From Candidatus Margulisiibacteriota bacterium (GTDB taxonomy: Bacteria > Margulisbacteria > WOR-1 > O2-12-FULL-45-9): a stretch of 64,000 nt of DNA. The stretch is taken from the NCBI GenBank assembly GCA_034723395.1, contig JAYEOW010000029.1, positions 4,737-68,736 of the forward strand, written 5' to 3'. Both the position numbers and the translations under genes were made by a program. Below are positions 1 to 9,475 of the stretch, one piece after another; the stretch's first letter is position 1; every line of letters begins with the position of its first letter. The notes below the pieces were generated by a model, which ran no database searches, was not told where the DNA came from, and saw only the letters and a list, made by a program, of their open reading frames with translations.

Positions 1-2191
1 GTAAAGTGTAATTTTTGGCATCATTGCCGGAAAAGATCTCAGTGGTGGCTAGTTTGGCAATTACCTGGTCGATATCGCTTCTGGCAAAGGCGGTATCGAC
101 TTTAAAAAGCTCGCCGATCTTAAAGCTGCCATCCAGTCCTACTACCGACTGGGAAATATCCTGGCTGGTAAACCCGGATGGGGGGACGTATTGATAGATG
201 ATCTGGAAGTTCTTGTTTGTATCAAGCGGATTATTGAATTCGATGTAGGGATTGTCCTGATGATAGTTGATAGAGTAGCCAGTATCCCCCGCATCACCCT
301 CGAAACTGGAATTGCGGGTGTAAGTTGTTATTTGGGACGACCCCTGGTCCCAGACCTGGACCGTTTCTGATCCGGGGACAAGGTTGCGGACATTTTTTAA
401 AAAGTAAGGTCCCTGAGTTCCGTCACCCATGCCCGAATATCTGCCGACAATACTTTTATAGTACGCATAGGTAACGACTATTTCGCTGGTGGCGCTGATC
501 GACGCGGGGTTAATAAATTTAATCGTGCCGGTATCAAACCCGTCGCTCGGATCACTGCGATCATTGCGGTAGGCGAGCTTTGCTTCGGGGGTTACGATGT
601 AATCGCCGGCATTATTCGGATCGGATTCGGTTTTTGGGAATACGTAATCTACTTCACGAGAAAGAGCCGCCCCGTCTAATTTTACAATCACATTATAATT
701 GGCTTCGCTGGTCGGGATAATTGGCTTGTTGGTAAGATACATTGTATAGTTATCATCAATAATATCTTGTCCGACAGCGCCATCGATTGCGGTGGCGCTG
801 TCGGCAACCGATCCGGCCTTGGCAGATTCTCGAAGATAAGTTACCCCTACCTTAAGTTCTTTTGGGTGTTTTGATTGGGGAATGGCTGGAAGGGCGGTCT
901 CCATATATTGGTACTTGGCTTTGATCAAAGATGTTGTACTGATGAAAATACCGAAGACAATTTCGCTGGTCTGGTAATTTATCGTATAATCAAGATCACG
1001 CACAAACAGTTTGCCGTCTACTTCGATCCGTTCGCTTTCCGGCACGATATGTTGGTGTTTAAATTGATATGGCCCGCGGCTTCCGATCCCCGGGATAGCT
1101 TCAGTTTCTGCCGAAGTTGTATGGTATTGATACTCAACAATTAATGGTTCTTCAGGCGAAGGGAGAAAGCGGGTAAGGAGCTTAATGTATCCCTCATTGT
1201 AGCGGATAAGATAATCTTCGTTTTTTCTGAGTTCCGTCCCCATAAAGGTGAGTTTTTCTCCGAATTGGACGACCGGAATATGGTTTAACTGATATTCCCC
1301 CGAGGCTTCAGCCTCTGATCGTTCTGATTCAACGGTCCCTGAGATGGGGAAGGTCTGGCGGTCGGACTTGATAATTGGCTGGGGCCTGGGAAGGGGCCTT
1401 CCAAACTCTTCGGGATCGATCGTAAAGCGGGATTGGAATCCGAAAAAATCCCTTTTCGAAAGGGCCGGGAAAAAGAGATCTAATATATTTGTGTATTCAT
1501 AACTGTATTTGAACTCATCCGCCGAGGTTAGAATTTCGTTGAATGTGACCTTTCCCTCAAAATAATCGATCGTATAATCAACATTGCGGGTAAGGGGATT
1601 GCCATTCAATTCTACTGTTTCTGACCCTTCAACGATAGATCCGTGCCCTAAATTATATGGTCCCTTGGTGTTGTTCCCCTTTTGCGAAGTTAAATTTTGG
1701 GTTTGGCTTTTAAGTTTTGCGGAAGGGACGGTGGTAATATCATACCAACTGTCTTTAGCTGTCAGCATAACACCATTTAAATACTTTGAAGTTGAGGCAA
1801 ATTCGTTCCCCGAAAAGTTCGCGGTAATATCGCCGAAGGTCAGCTCATTATTATAATATTTTACCCTGACATCAAAACGGTCCGGCACTTCGGGCTGCTG
1901 CTCAAGATCGTAACTAACCGATAAGTTTTCCGAAAGCTGGCCCAAGATCCTAAGCTGTAATCTCTCCTGCCATGGGCCGCCGGTAAAGGTTGGATAGTAT
2001 CCGCCCAGTTGAGTTAGCCCGCTGAAGTAGTTTTTGAGGGGAGAGACATCGGCTTTTTTATATTCCCACTTTTTGAAGCCGGAAATATCTAATTGAGGAT
2101 AGGTTCCCTGCTGAGCGAAGACCATTCCGCTCGACAGCAGCCATAACGAGGCTGCCAAAGCGATAAGCTTGGCGATGAATAACTTTTTCAT
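1..2191 (-). CDS. Large secreted/surface repeat protein. 5' end complete (ATG at 2189-2191, signal peptide [26 protein letters not shown]); 3' end runs off the window. Recurrent motif [DN]Y-x-I-x-Y-x-x-G-x-[IV]-x-F.
   Basis: Own minus-strand translation from 2191 downward. Absent from the ORF track because there is no in-window stop. Its start overlaps the fabF stop as TAATG. I could not verify the entire frame by eye. Confidence 0.45.
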   Translation of the reverse strand, partial: MKKLFIAKLIALAASLWLLSSGMVFAQQGTYPQLDISGFKKWEYKKADVSPLKNYFSGLTQLGGYYPTFTGGPWQERLQLRILGQLSENLSVSYDLEQQPEVPDRFDVRVKYYNNELTFGDITANFSGNEFASTSKYLNGVMLTAKDSWYDITTVPSAKLKSQTQNLTSQKGNNTKGPYNLGHGSIVEGSETVELNGNPLTRNVDYTIDYFEGKVTFNEILTSADEFKYSYEYTNILDLFFPALSKRDFFGFQSRFTIDPEEFGRPLPRPQPIIKSDRQTFPISGTVESERSEAEASGEYQLNHIPVVQFGEKLTFMGTELRKNEDYLIRYNEGYIKLLTRFLPSPEEPLIVEYQYHTTSAETEAIPGIGSRGPYQFKHQHIVPESERIEVDGKLFVRDLDYTINYQTSEIVFGIFISTTSLIKAKYQYMETALPAIPQSKHPKELKVGVTYLRESAKAGSVADSATAIDGAVGQDIIDDNYTMYLTNKPIIPTSEANYNVIVKLDGAALSREVDYVFPKTESDPNNAGDYIVTPEAKLAYRNDRSDPSDGFDTGTIKFINPASISATSEIVVTYAYYKSIVGRYSGMGDGTQGPYFLKNVRNLVPGSETVQVWDQGSSQITTYTRNSSFEGDAGDTGYSINYHQDNPYIEFNNPLDTNKNFQIIYQYVPPSGFTSQDISQSVVGLDGSFKIGELFKVDTAFARSDIDQVIAKLATTEIFSGNDAKNYTL

Positions 2192-3432
2192 TAAGCGTTA
2201 TATTTTTTAACGACCAATACCGCGTTGTGTCCGCCGAACCCGAAAGATTCCGATATGGCGGTATTTACCGGCGCTTTTCGCGCCTGGTTAGGCACATAAT
2301 CAAGGTCGCATTCCGGGTCCGGAACCTCATAATTGATGGTTGGTGGAATTATACCATTGTTTATGGTGAGGACGGTAGCGATCATTTCTACCGCTCCGGC
2401 GGCGCCTAAGAGATGGCCGACCATCGATTTGTTCGAGCTGACCGGTATTTTTTTAGCGCGTTCGCCAAAAACAGATTTTATGGCCACTGTTTCATATTTA
2501 TCATTAAGGACAGTAGATGTCCCATGCGCGTTGATGTAATCAACCTGTTCGGAAGTGGCCTTTGCGTCCCTAAGCGCGGCTTTAATAGCGCGTGCGGCTC
2601 CCTCGCCTCCGGGGGCGGGGGCGGTGATGTGATTTGCGTCTCCGCTCATCCCATAGCCCGCGAGTTCAGCATAGATCTTCGCTCCGCGGGATTTGGCGAA
2701 TTCGAGATCTTCAAGGACAACTATTCCGCTACCTTCCCCTATAACAAATCCGTTTCTCTCTTTTTCGAATGGGCGGCTGGCATGTGCAGGATCATCATTT
2801 CTTGTTGAGAGGGCGCGGGCAGCGCAAAAGCTCCCCACCCCGATAGGGGAGATCGAAGCCTCTGTGCCTCCAGCAACCATCGCTTTGGCGTCCCCCCGCT
2901 GAATTATCTTAAACGCGTTACCGATAGAATTTGTTCCGGTAGCGCACGCGGTTACCACGCATGAATTAGGCCCTTTTGCTCCGAGTTTAATAGATGTATA
3001 ACCAGCAGCCATGTCGGTGATCATGTAGGGGACAGTGAAGGGGCTAAGTTTTTCCACCCCTTTTTCCAGCAGGATTTTTATTTGTTTTTCGAGGAAGTTG
3101 ATCCCGCCTATTCCCGAACCGATAATAACGCCAACATCTGCGGCATTATCCGTAGTGATAGGCAGGTCGGAATCTTTTACCGCCATCATTGATGCGGCGA
3201 TGGCGAACTGGATAAAACGGACCAAACGGCGTGCTTCTTTTTTGTCCAGGAAATCCGCCGGGTTGAAATCTTTGACCTCGGCGGCGATCTGGGATGGATA
3301 AGTGCTGGCGTCAAAATGAGTTATCTTTCCGACCCCATTTTTTCCGGAAATTAGATTGTTCCAAAAAGCCTCTTTCCCAATGCCAATTGGGGAGACGAGC
3401 CCCATGCCTGTAACAACGACGCGATTCGTCAA
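2191..3432 (-). CDS. fabF: 3-oxoacyl-ACP synthase II (KAS II)
   Basis: 413 aa. N-terminus [17 protein letters not shown] and a thiolase-fold KAS layout; in a fab operon. Confidence 0.9.
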   Translation of the reverse strand: MTNRVVVTGMGLVSPIGIGKEAFWNNLISGKNGVGKITHFDASTYPSQIAAEVKDFNPADFLDKKEARRLVRFIQFAIAASMMAVKDSDLPITTDNAADVGVIIGSGIGGINFLEKQIKILLEKGVEKLSPFTVPYMITDMAAGYTSIKLGAKGPNSCVVTACATGTNSIGNAFKIIQRGDAKAMVAGGTEASISPIGVGSFCAARALSTRNDDPAHASRPFEKERNGFVIGEGSGIVVLEDLEFAKSRGAKIYAELAGYGMSGDANHITAPAPGGEGAARAIKAALRDAKATSEQVDYINAHGTSTVLNDKYETVAIKSVFGERAKKIPVSSNKSMVGHLLGAAGAVEMIATVLTINNGIIPPTINYEVPDPECDLDYVPNQARKAPVNTAISESFGFGGHNAVLVVKKYNA

Positions 3433-4388
3433 CCCTCTACCTCCTCGACTTCTTTTACCAACTCATTGATAATTTTAGCCGCGGGCCGGATACTCCGGTC
3501 CTTTATCTTCCAGACATTCTCTCCAGAAAAAACGACCCCGTTATCGATGTCCCCCTTCTGGGAGTTGATCAATGCCTGGATAATACAGTATTCAAGGGAG
3601 CAATTTTTAAGACAAAAATCGCAGCCAACCGGCTTGGGGGCTGTTTTGGTCAACAGCTTTTCGATGAAAGCAGTTTTTATCGCCCGGCCGGGCAGGCCGA
3701 CGGGTGACGGAATGATTACCACATCTTCTTTCCGGGCTGTTTGGTACCGTTGTTTATAGGAAAGGGCGGCATTACATTCTTCAGAAAGGACAAATTTGGT
3801 AGCGATCTGGACTCCACTCGCTCCAAGTTTGAGCATTTCTACAATGTCTTTACCATCAGTAATTCCTCCGGCGGCAATTACTGGCAGTTTGACCGCCTTT
3901 AATACTTCCGGAAGAATCTCTTTGATGGAACGATCGGTCCCCAAATGTCCGCCAGCTTCTTTTCCTTCGACCACGATTGCGGCGGCCCCACATCGCTCGG
4001 ATGTTTTGGCCAGCCGGGCCGAAGAGACGATTGGAACAACGGAGGTCTTGTTGTCCTGACCGAACTTAAATATATCTCGGGAAAAACCAGCCCCAACAAA
4101 TATGAGGTCGATTTTTTCCTGGACGGCGGTCTTAACAATTCCCCAGAATTCCCGCGCGGCGAACATAATGTTGATCCCAATAATACCGCCCATAGATTTG
4201 GATCGGGCGAGCCGGATTTCATTGGCCAGCTCGTCAAAAGACATGCCCGAAGCGCCAATTACCCCGACCCCCCCCGCAGCGGCAACCGCTCCGGCAAGCG
4301 AACCAGTGGAAATCCTTATTGCCATCCCCCCCTGGATTATGGGGATCCTGGCGACAAAATCAGCAATTTTCAATTCAGGCAACTTCAT
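3429..4388 (-). CDS. fabK: Enoyl-ACP reductase II (FMN-dependent, nitronate monooxygenase family)
   Basis: 319 aa. NMO/FabK-like glycine-rich motifs (GGMA, GVIGASG). Sits between acpP and fabF with a 4-nt overlap. Confidence 0.8.
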   Translation of the reverse strand: MKLPELKIADFVARIPIIQGGMAIRISTGSLAGAVAAAGGVGVIGASGMSFDELANEIRLARSKSMGGIIGINIMFAAREFWGIVKTAVQEKIDLIFVGAGFSRDIFKFGQDNKTSVVPIVSSARLAKTSERCGAAAIVVEGKEAGGHLGTDRSIKEILPEVLKAVKLPVIAAGGITDGKDIVEMLKLGASGVQIATKFVLSEECNAALSYKQRYQTARKEDVVIIPSPVGLPGRAIKTAFIEKLLTKTAPKPVGCDFCLKNCSLEYCIIQALINSQKGDIDNGVVFSGENVWKIKDRSIRPAAKIINELVKEVEEVEG

Positions 4389-4392
4389 TTTA

Positions 4393-4638
4393 TTACTTCT
4401 TTGCGTGAGACATGATATAGGTTACCGTGTCCCCGATGGTTTTTATCTTTTCCGCGTCTTCATCCGGGATCTCGGTGCTAAAAGCCTCTTCCAGCGCCAT
4501 TACTAACTCAACTGTATCCAGCGAGTCAGCTCCCAGGTCGTCGACAAAAGAGGCTTCTCTCTTGGCCTCGGCCTCTGAAACTCCAAGCTGTTCAACTACA
4601 ACCTTTTTAACCTGTTCATAAACTTGATTCTCATCCAT
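4393..4638 (-). CDS. acpP: Acyl carrier protein
   Basis: [18 protein letters not shown] phosphopantetheine-attachment motif. Start chosen at ATG 4636-4638, preceded by SD GGGGGTG; the ORF track's longer GTG start (4647) is less likely. Confidence 0.9.
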   Translation of the reverse strand: MDENQVYEQVKKVVVEQLGVSEAEAKREASFVDDLGADSLDTVELVMALEEAFSTEIPDEDAEKIKTIGDTVTYIMSHAKK

Positions 4639-4656
4639 TAAATTCACCCCCTTTTT

Positions 4657-4695
4657 TAATTATTAATTGATTAATTTGATTAATTGTTAATTGTC
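4657..4695. repeat. AT-rich iterated TAATTG/CAATTAACAAT element between fabG stop and acpP RBS
   Basis: Sequence taattattaattgattaatttgattaattgttaattgtc. On the minus strand it reads acaattaacaattaa..., shared with 39077-39118. Confidence 0.5.
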
Positions 4696-5427
4696 TCATG
4701 TGTTCATCAACATCCCGCCGTTAACATTTATTACCTGGCCGGTAATATAGTCAGCAGCGCTGCTAGCTAGAAACAGGGCGGAAGCGGCAATGTCTTCCGG
4801 CAGTCCGAGCTTTCCAAGCGGAATATGTGCCAGCATATTTTGCTTAACATCTTCAGGAATCTTATCAGTCATGGCGGTTTTAATAAAGCCGGGGGCAATC
4901 GCGTTTACGGTTATTCCGCGGGCGGCAAACTCCCGGGCCAATGTCTTGGTTAGGCCGATAACTCCCGCTTTTGATGCGGAATAATTCGCCTGTCCCACGT
5001 TTCCCATTTCCCCAACGATCGAAGCAATGTTAATGATCTTTCCCGAACGCTGCCTCATCATCAATATGGCGGCTGCTTTAGAAACATTAAAAACGCCAGT
5101 CAGGTTAACATTGATCACCGTGTCCCAATCCTCTTTTTTCATTCTGATGAACAAAGTATCTTTAGTGATGCCGGCGTTATTAATCAGAATGTCGATCTTG
5201 CCCAGCTTCGCCTTGGCCTCTTTTATTCCGGCATCTACGTCTGCCGGGTCCACGACATTCATCTTTAGCGGAAGAGCATTCAATTCATTTGCTGTCCGGG
5301 TTGCCAACTCTAAATTAATGTCGGTTATAATTACTTTTGCTCCTGCCCTTGCAAAGGCGACGGCGATCTCCTTACCTATTCCCTGCGCGGCGCCAGTGAT
5401 CAGGACAACACTATCTTTTAGATGCAT
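4696..5427 (-). CDS. fabG: 3-oxoacyl-ACP reductase (SDR)
   Basis: 243 aa. TGAAQGIGKEIA Rossmann motif and YSASKAG catalytic motif. Confidence 0.9.
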   Translation of the reverse strand: MHLKDSVVLITGAAQGIGKEIAVAFARAGAKVIITDINLELATRTANELNALPLKMNVVDPADVDAGIKEAKAKLGKIDILINNAGITKDTLFIRMKKEDWDTVINVNLTGVFNVSKAAAILMMRQRSGKIINIASIVGEMGNVGQANYSASKAGVIGLTKTLAREFAARGITVNAIAPGFIKTAMTDKIPEDVKQNMLAHIPLGKLGLPEDIAASALFLASSAADYITGQVINVNGGMLMNT

Positions 5428-5429
5428 GT

Positions 5430-6311
5430 TTATACCTCCTGGAAACTTTTTACTTCAACGCTCCGGTCACATTTTTTGATCAAGCCGGCAAGGATATTTC
5501 CTGAACCGACTTCAATAAAACTTTTGGTACCGTCCGCGACCATTTTCTTTACCGAATCTTCCCACTTGACCGGATTGGTAACCTGTTTGTATAAAAGGTC
5601 CCTTATCTCGGGCCCATTAGTGGCATAATCGGCGGTGACATTTGCCACCACCGGGATCTGAGCGTCTTTAACCTCGATCTTATCGAGCTCAGCTTTAAGT
5701 TTATCGGCCGCCGGCTGCATTAGAGCGCAATGAAAGGGGGCGCTAACCTGTAAAGGGACTGTTCGCTTTGCTCCAGCCTCTTTACAAAGGGCCGAAGCCT
5801 TTTCTACCGCCTCTTTTTTCCCTGAGATCACGACCTGTCCGGGAGAGTTTAAGTTTGCAGCAGAAACAACTCCAAGCTCAGATGCCTTGATACAGCAATT
5901 ATCAACCTGATCTTTTGCTAGTCCTATAATTGCCGCCATGCTTCCCTCACCTAAGGGGACCGCTTCCTGCATAAATTTTCCACGCAAATTTACGATCCTG
6001 ACCGCATCCTCAAAGGTGATCGAACCGGCTGCCACTAAAGCTGAGTATTCACCAAGGCTGTGTCCGGCAACGGCTGAAGGGGAGGGGATCCCTTTATTTT
6101 TTAAGAACTCGTACGCGGCAACGCTAACGGTTAAGATCGCGGGTTGGGTAATCTCGGTCTTTTTTAATTTATCTCCCGGGCCTTCAAAGCAGAGCTGCTT
6201 AAGATCAAAGCCAAGTATCTGGTTAGCTCTGTCCAAATAGGCTTCAGCCAAGTTTTTGCCCATACCTATAACTTGTGACCCTTGTCCAGGGAACACAAAG
6301 GCGGTCTTCAT
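5430..6311 (-). CDS. fabD: Malonyl-CoA:ACP transacylase
   Basis: 293 aa. GHSLGEYSALVAAG active-site motif. Confidence 0.9.
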   Translation of the reverse strand: MKTAFVFPGQGSQVIGMGKNLAEAYLDRANQILGFDLKQLCFEGPGDKLKKTEITQPAILTVSVAAYEFLKNKGIPSPSAVAGHSLGEYSALVAAGSITFEDAVRIVNLRGKFMQEAVPLGEGSMAAIIGLAKDQVDNCCIKASELGVVSAANLNSPGQVVISGKKEAVEKASALCKEAGAKRTVPLQVSAPFHCALMQPAADKLKAELDKIEVKDAQIPVVANVTADYATNGPEIRDLLYKQVTNPVKWEDSVKKMVADGTKSFIEVGSGNILAGLIKKCDRSVEVKSFQEV

Positions 6312-6315
6312 GGTA

Positions 6316-7530
6316 CTATCCTCGTATTTCTTTTAATTTGTTGGTCAACATAGGGACAAACTGGAACAAGTCCCCAACAATACCGTAGGTAGCGACCTTA
6401 AAGATCGGGGCATCCGGATCTTTGTTGATCGCTATAATAATATCTGATGATTGCATTCCAACTAAGTGTTGGATCTTTCCCGAGATCCCGCAGGCGATAT
6501 AAAGTTTCGGGGCAACTGTTTTACCCGTTTGTCCAACTTGGTGGTGCGCAGAAATCCAGCCGGCGTCAACCGTGGCGCGGGATGCGCCTACCGCCCCGCC
6601 AAGCTCCTTTGCCAAGTCTTCGATCAGCTTAAAGTTTTTCGCTTCGCCGATCCCGCGGCCGCCGGAGACGATAATTTCAGCCTCAGTTAAATTTACCTTA
6701 ATTGATTCATCTTTAATGATCTCAATAAGTTTTACGATCAGGTCTTCCGGGCTAACCACTGGATTAAATTTGATAAGCTCACCTTTTCTCCCCTCTTCTT
6801 TGTCCAGTTTTCTGAAAACTTTTGGCCTAACGGTGGCCATTTGCGGACGGTTGTCGGGGGAAATAATAGTGGCCATAATATTGCCGCCAAAAGCGGGGCG
6901 GGTTTGTTGCAGTATTTTCTTTTCCGGGTCGATTGACAGCCCGGTACAATCGGCGGTCAATCCTGCGCCGATGCGGATCGCTAAACGAGCGGCCAGGTCT
7001 CTCCCCATGGTGGTTGCGCCAAGGAGAAAAACTTCTGGTTTATACTTGGTTAGTAGTTCAGCGATCGCGCGGGTATAAGGGAGTGTTTTATAATCTTTTA
7101 ATTCATCGTGGTGGAGGAGATATACTTTATCTGCTCCGTAAGCAAAAAGGTGGGAGACCTCTTCTTCTATATCTTCTCCCCCGCAAAGGACGGCTGAAAG
7201 ATCGGTCTTAAGATCGGTAGCCAGTTTTCTGCCTTCGCCCAAAAGTTCATATGCGACCGGTTGGATCTTTCCCTCCCTCTGTTCGGCAAATACCCAAACC
7301 CCTTTGTGGTGGCTAAGGTCGGTAGAACTCTCTTTTTCGATCTTGATCTCGATCGCACCGAACTTACAAGCATCTACGCAAGCGCCGCAAAGAGTACATT
7401 TATCAAGGTCGATAATCGCCAGTTTTCTGGGATCCCCTTCTCTCGACTGCATTTCGATCGCGCCGAAAGGGCAAGCCTTAACGCATAAAGTACAGCCGCT
7501 ACATTTATCAGCGAAAACCTGGATGCTCAT
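6316..7530 (-). CDS. etfA: Electron transfer flavoprotein alpha subunit with N-terminal 2x[4Fe-4S] ferredoxin domain (FixB-like)
   Basis: Two CxxCxxCxxxCP motifs (CSGCTLCVKACP, CTLCGACVDACK), followed by an ETF-alpha FAD-binding C-terminal region. Confidence 0.85.
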   Translation of the reverse strand: MSIQVFADKCSGCTLCVKACPFGAIEMQSREGDPRKLAIIDLDKCTLCGACVDACKFGAIEIKIEKESSTDLSHHKGVWVFAEQREGKIQPVAYELLGEGRKLATDLKTDLSAVLCGGEDIEEEVSHLFAYGADKVYLLHHDELKDYKTLPYTRAIAELLTKYKPEVFLLGATTMGRDLAARLAIRIGAGLTADCTGLSIDPEKKILQQTRPAFGGNIMATIISPDNRPQMATVRPKVFRKLDKEEGRKGELIKFNPVVSPEDLIVKLIEIIKDESIKVNLTEAEIIVSGGRGIGEAKNFKLIEDLAKELGGAVGASRATVDAGWISAHHQVGQTGKTVAPKLYIACGISGKIQHLVGMQSSDIIIAINKDPDAPIFKVATYGIVGDLFQFVPMLTNKLKEIRG

Positions 7531-8312
7531 CAGATTATCTTCCTCTCTTTGATCTTAGAAACTAAGCTGGAGACAACGTCCGCTGGTTCTCCCTGCAGGA
7601 CCTCTCCTCCGCCTTTGGGAGGAGGGGTAAAGATCTTAACTACCTGGGTTGGAGAACCTTTTAATCCCAGGTTTTTTTCATCAGCGTTGAGTTCCGCAGC
7701 CTTTAACGTTTTAATTTCGGCCTTTTTAGCGCGCATCATTCCCTTGAGCGATGGCATGCGCGGTTCGTTGATCTGCTTTACTACGGTGATTACCGCAGGA
7801 AATGGGGTTTCTACGACTTCATTAGCCTCCTCAAGAAGGCGTTCAACTTTTGCATTGTCACCTTCAGCTTCGATCTTAACCGCAAAAGTAACCGATGGAA
7901 TATTTAACCATTCGGCGATCCCCGGTCCGACTTGAGCGGTATCCCCATCGATCGCTTGCTTACCACAAAGGATCAAGTTGTAGTCGCCGATCTTTTTTAT
8001 CGCCTGGGCGAGGGTGTAAGAGGTTGCCCAAGTGTCGGACCCGGCAAAAGCGCGGTCAGATATAAGATAAACTTCGTCCGCACCCATAGCAATGGTAGTT
8101 TTAAGGGCTTCTGCCGCCTGTGGGGGGCCCATAGTGATCACGGTAACTTTCCCTCCATGCTTTTCCTTTAGCTTTAGGGCGGCTTCCAGGGCATTTTCAT
8201 CAAAAGGGTTAATGATGGACGGGACGCCCTCCCGGATCAGGGTATTGGTTTCAGGATCGATCCTGACCTCTGTTGTTTCCGGGACTTGTTTTATGCAAAC
8301 TAGGATCTTCAT
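7530..8312 (-). CDS. etfB: Electron transfer flavoprotein beta subunit
   Basis: MKILVCIKQVPETTEVRID ETF-beta N-terminus. Shares a boundary base with etfA and overlaps the acd gene by 4 nt. Confidence 0.85.
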   Translation of the reverse strand: MKILVCIKQVPETTEVRIDPETNTLIREGVPSIINPFDENALEAALKLKEKHGGKVTVITMGPPQAAEALKTTIAMGADEVYLISDRAFAGSDTWATSYTLAQAIKKIGDYNLILCGKQAIDGDTAQVGPGIAEWLNIPSVTFAVKIEAEGDNAKVERLLEEANEVVETPFPAVITVVKQINEPRMPSLKGMMRAKKAEIKTLKAAELNADEKNLGLKGSPTQVVKIFTPPPKGGGEVLQGEPADVVSSLVSKIKERKII

Positions 8313-9472
8313 TTCTTTTTCTTAATGTTTTCCTTGATAAGTTTTAGGGCGATTTCGTTTCTTTGTATTTGGTTGGTCCCTTCGTAGATCTGGGTGATCT
8401 TGGCGTCCCGCATCATTTTCTCAACCGGGTATTCGCGCATATATCCGTAACCGCCAAGGATTTGAACAGCATCGGTGGTGACCTTCATAGCTGTGTCTGA
8501 TGCAAAAAGCTTTGACATGGAGGAATATAAAGTATAATCCTTCGATTTGGCATCGATCATTCTTGCTGTGGCATAGACCAGGGATCGAGCTGCTTCCAAC
8601 CGGGTCGCCATGTCCGCTAAAATATGCTGGACGGCCTGAAAAGAAATGATCGGTTTTCCAAATTGTACGCGCTGGCGGGCATAACTGACTGCCTCATCAA
8701 TCGCTCCCTGGGCAATTCCGAGCGCTTGTGCCCCGATTCCCGGACGGGTTATATCGAGGGTTTTCATGGCGACGATAAATCCCATCCCTTCGCGGGCGAG
8801 CAACTGGCTTTTATGTACCTTACAATCCTGGAAAACAAGTTCGCGGGTCGCGGAACAGCGGATCCCCATCTTTTTCTCTTTTTTGGCGAAGGTAAAGCCA
8901 GGGGTCCCTTTTTCGATGATAAAGGCCGACGCCCCGCGGCTCCCCTTGTTTTTATTGGTCATGGCGATCAATGTGTAAACCTCGGCCTCTCCGCCGTTGG
9001 TGATCCATTGCTTGGTCCCGTTTATGACATAGTAATCGCCGTCCTTAACCGCGGTAGTTTCTACCCCGGCGGCGTCTGATCCGGCATTTGCTTCGGTAAG
9101 TCCGAAAGCTGCCAGTTTCTTGCCGGCGGCAATATCGGGCATATATTTTAATTTCTGTTCGTGAGAGCCGAAAAGCAGGATTGGGGCGGATCCGAGGGCG
9201 GAGGCGGCAAAGGTGACGCCTACTCCTCCGCAGGCGCGGCTGATTTCTTCGGTAGCCAGGCAGAAATTAAATATTTTCTGGCCCATTCCGCCGTACTCTT
9301 CCGGGATGTAGAGGCCGCAGAGATCGGCGTCGGCTAAAGCTTTAATTATATCCCAAGGGAACTCTTCTTTTTCGTCCAGTTCCGCGCGTACCGGAACAAT
9401 CTTTTCAACCGCGACCTTACGTGCCAGCTCCCTGATCATCTGTTCTTCTTCAGTTAGCATGTAATCGAGCAT
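8309..9472 (-). CDS. Acyl-CoA dehydrogenase (short-chain/butyryl-CoA dehydrogenase-like)
   Basis: 387 aa with three-domain ACAD layout and C-terminal motifs QILGGYGYMREYPVEKMMRDAKITQIYEGTNQIQR. Confidence 0.85.
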   Translation of the reverse strand: MLDYMLTEEEQMIRELARKVAVEKIVPVRAELDEKEEFPWDIIKALADADLCGLYIPEEYGGMGQKIFNFCLATEEISRACGGVGVTFAASALGSAPILLFGSHEQKLKYMPDIAAGKKLAAFGLTEANAGSDAAGVETTAVKDGDYYVINGTKQWITNGGEAEVYTLIAMTNKNKGSRGASAFIIEKGTPGFTFAKKEKKMGIRCSATRELVFQDCKVHKSQLLAREGMGFIVAMKTLDITRPGIGAQALGIAQGAIDEAVSYARQRVQFGKPIISFQAVQHILADMATRLEAARSLVYATARMIDAKSKDYTLYSSMSKLFASDTAMKVTTDAVQILGGYGYMREYPVEKMMRDAKITQIYEGTNQIQRNEIALKLIKENIKKKK

Positions 9473-9475
9473 TTT

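Noticed and set aside
2227-3301. Several plus-strand ORFs (60-131 aa) listed within 2227-3301
   Set aside because: They lie entirely antisense to the well-supported fabF gene. They are low-complexity translations with no RBS or homology, so I treat them as spurious.
4657-4695. Possible CRISPR array suggested by short AT-rich iterated repeats (also seen at 39077-39118 and 47449-47545)
   Set aside because: The repeat units are 7-11 nt with no unique spacers of 25-40 nt, and no cas genes are present. They fit AT-rich intergenic or REP-like elements better.
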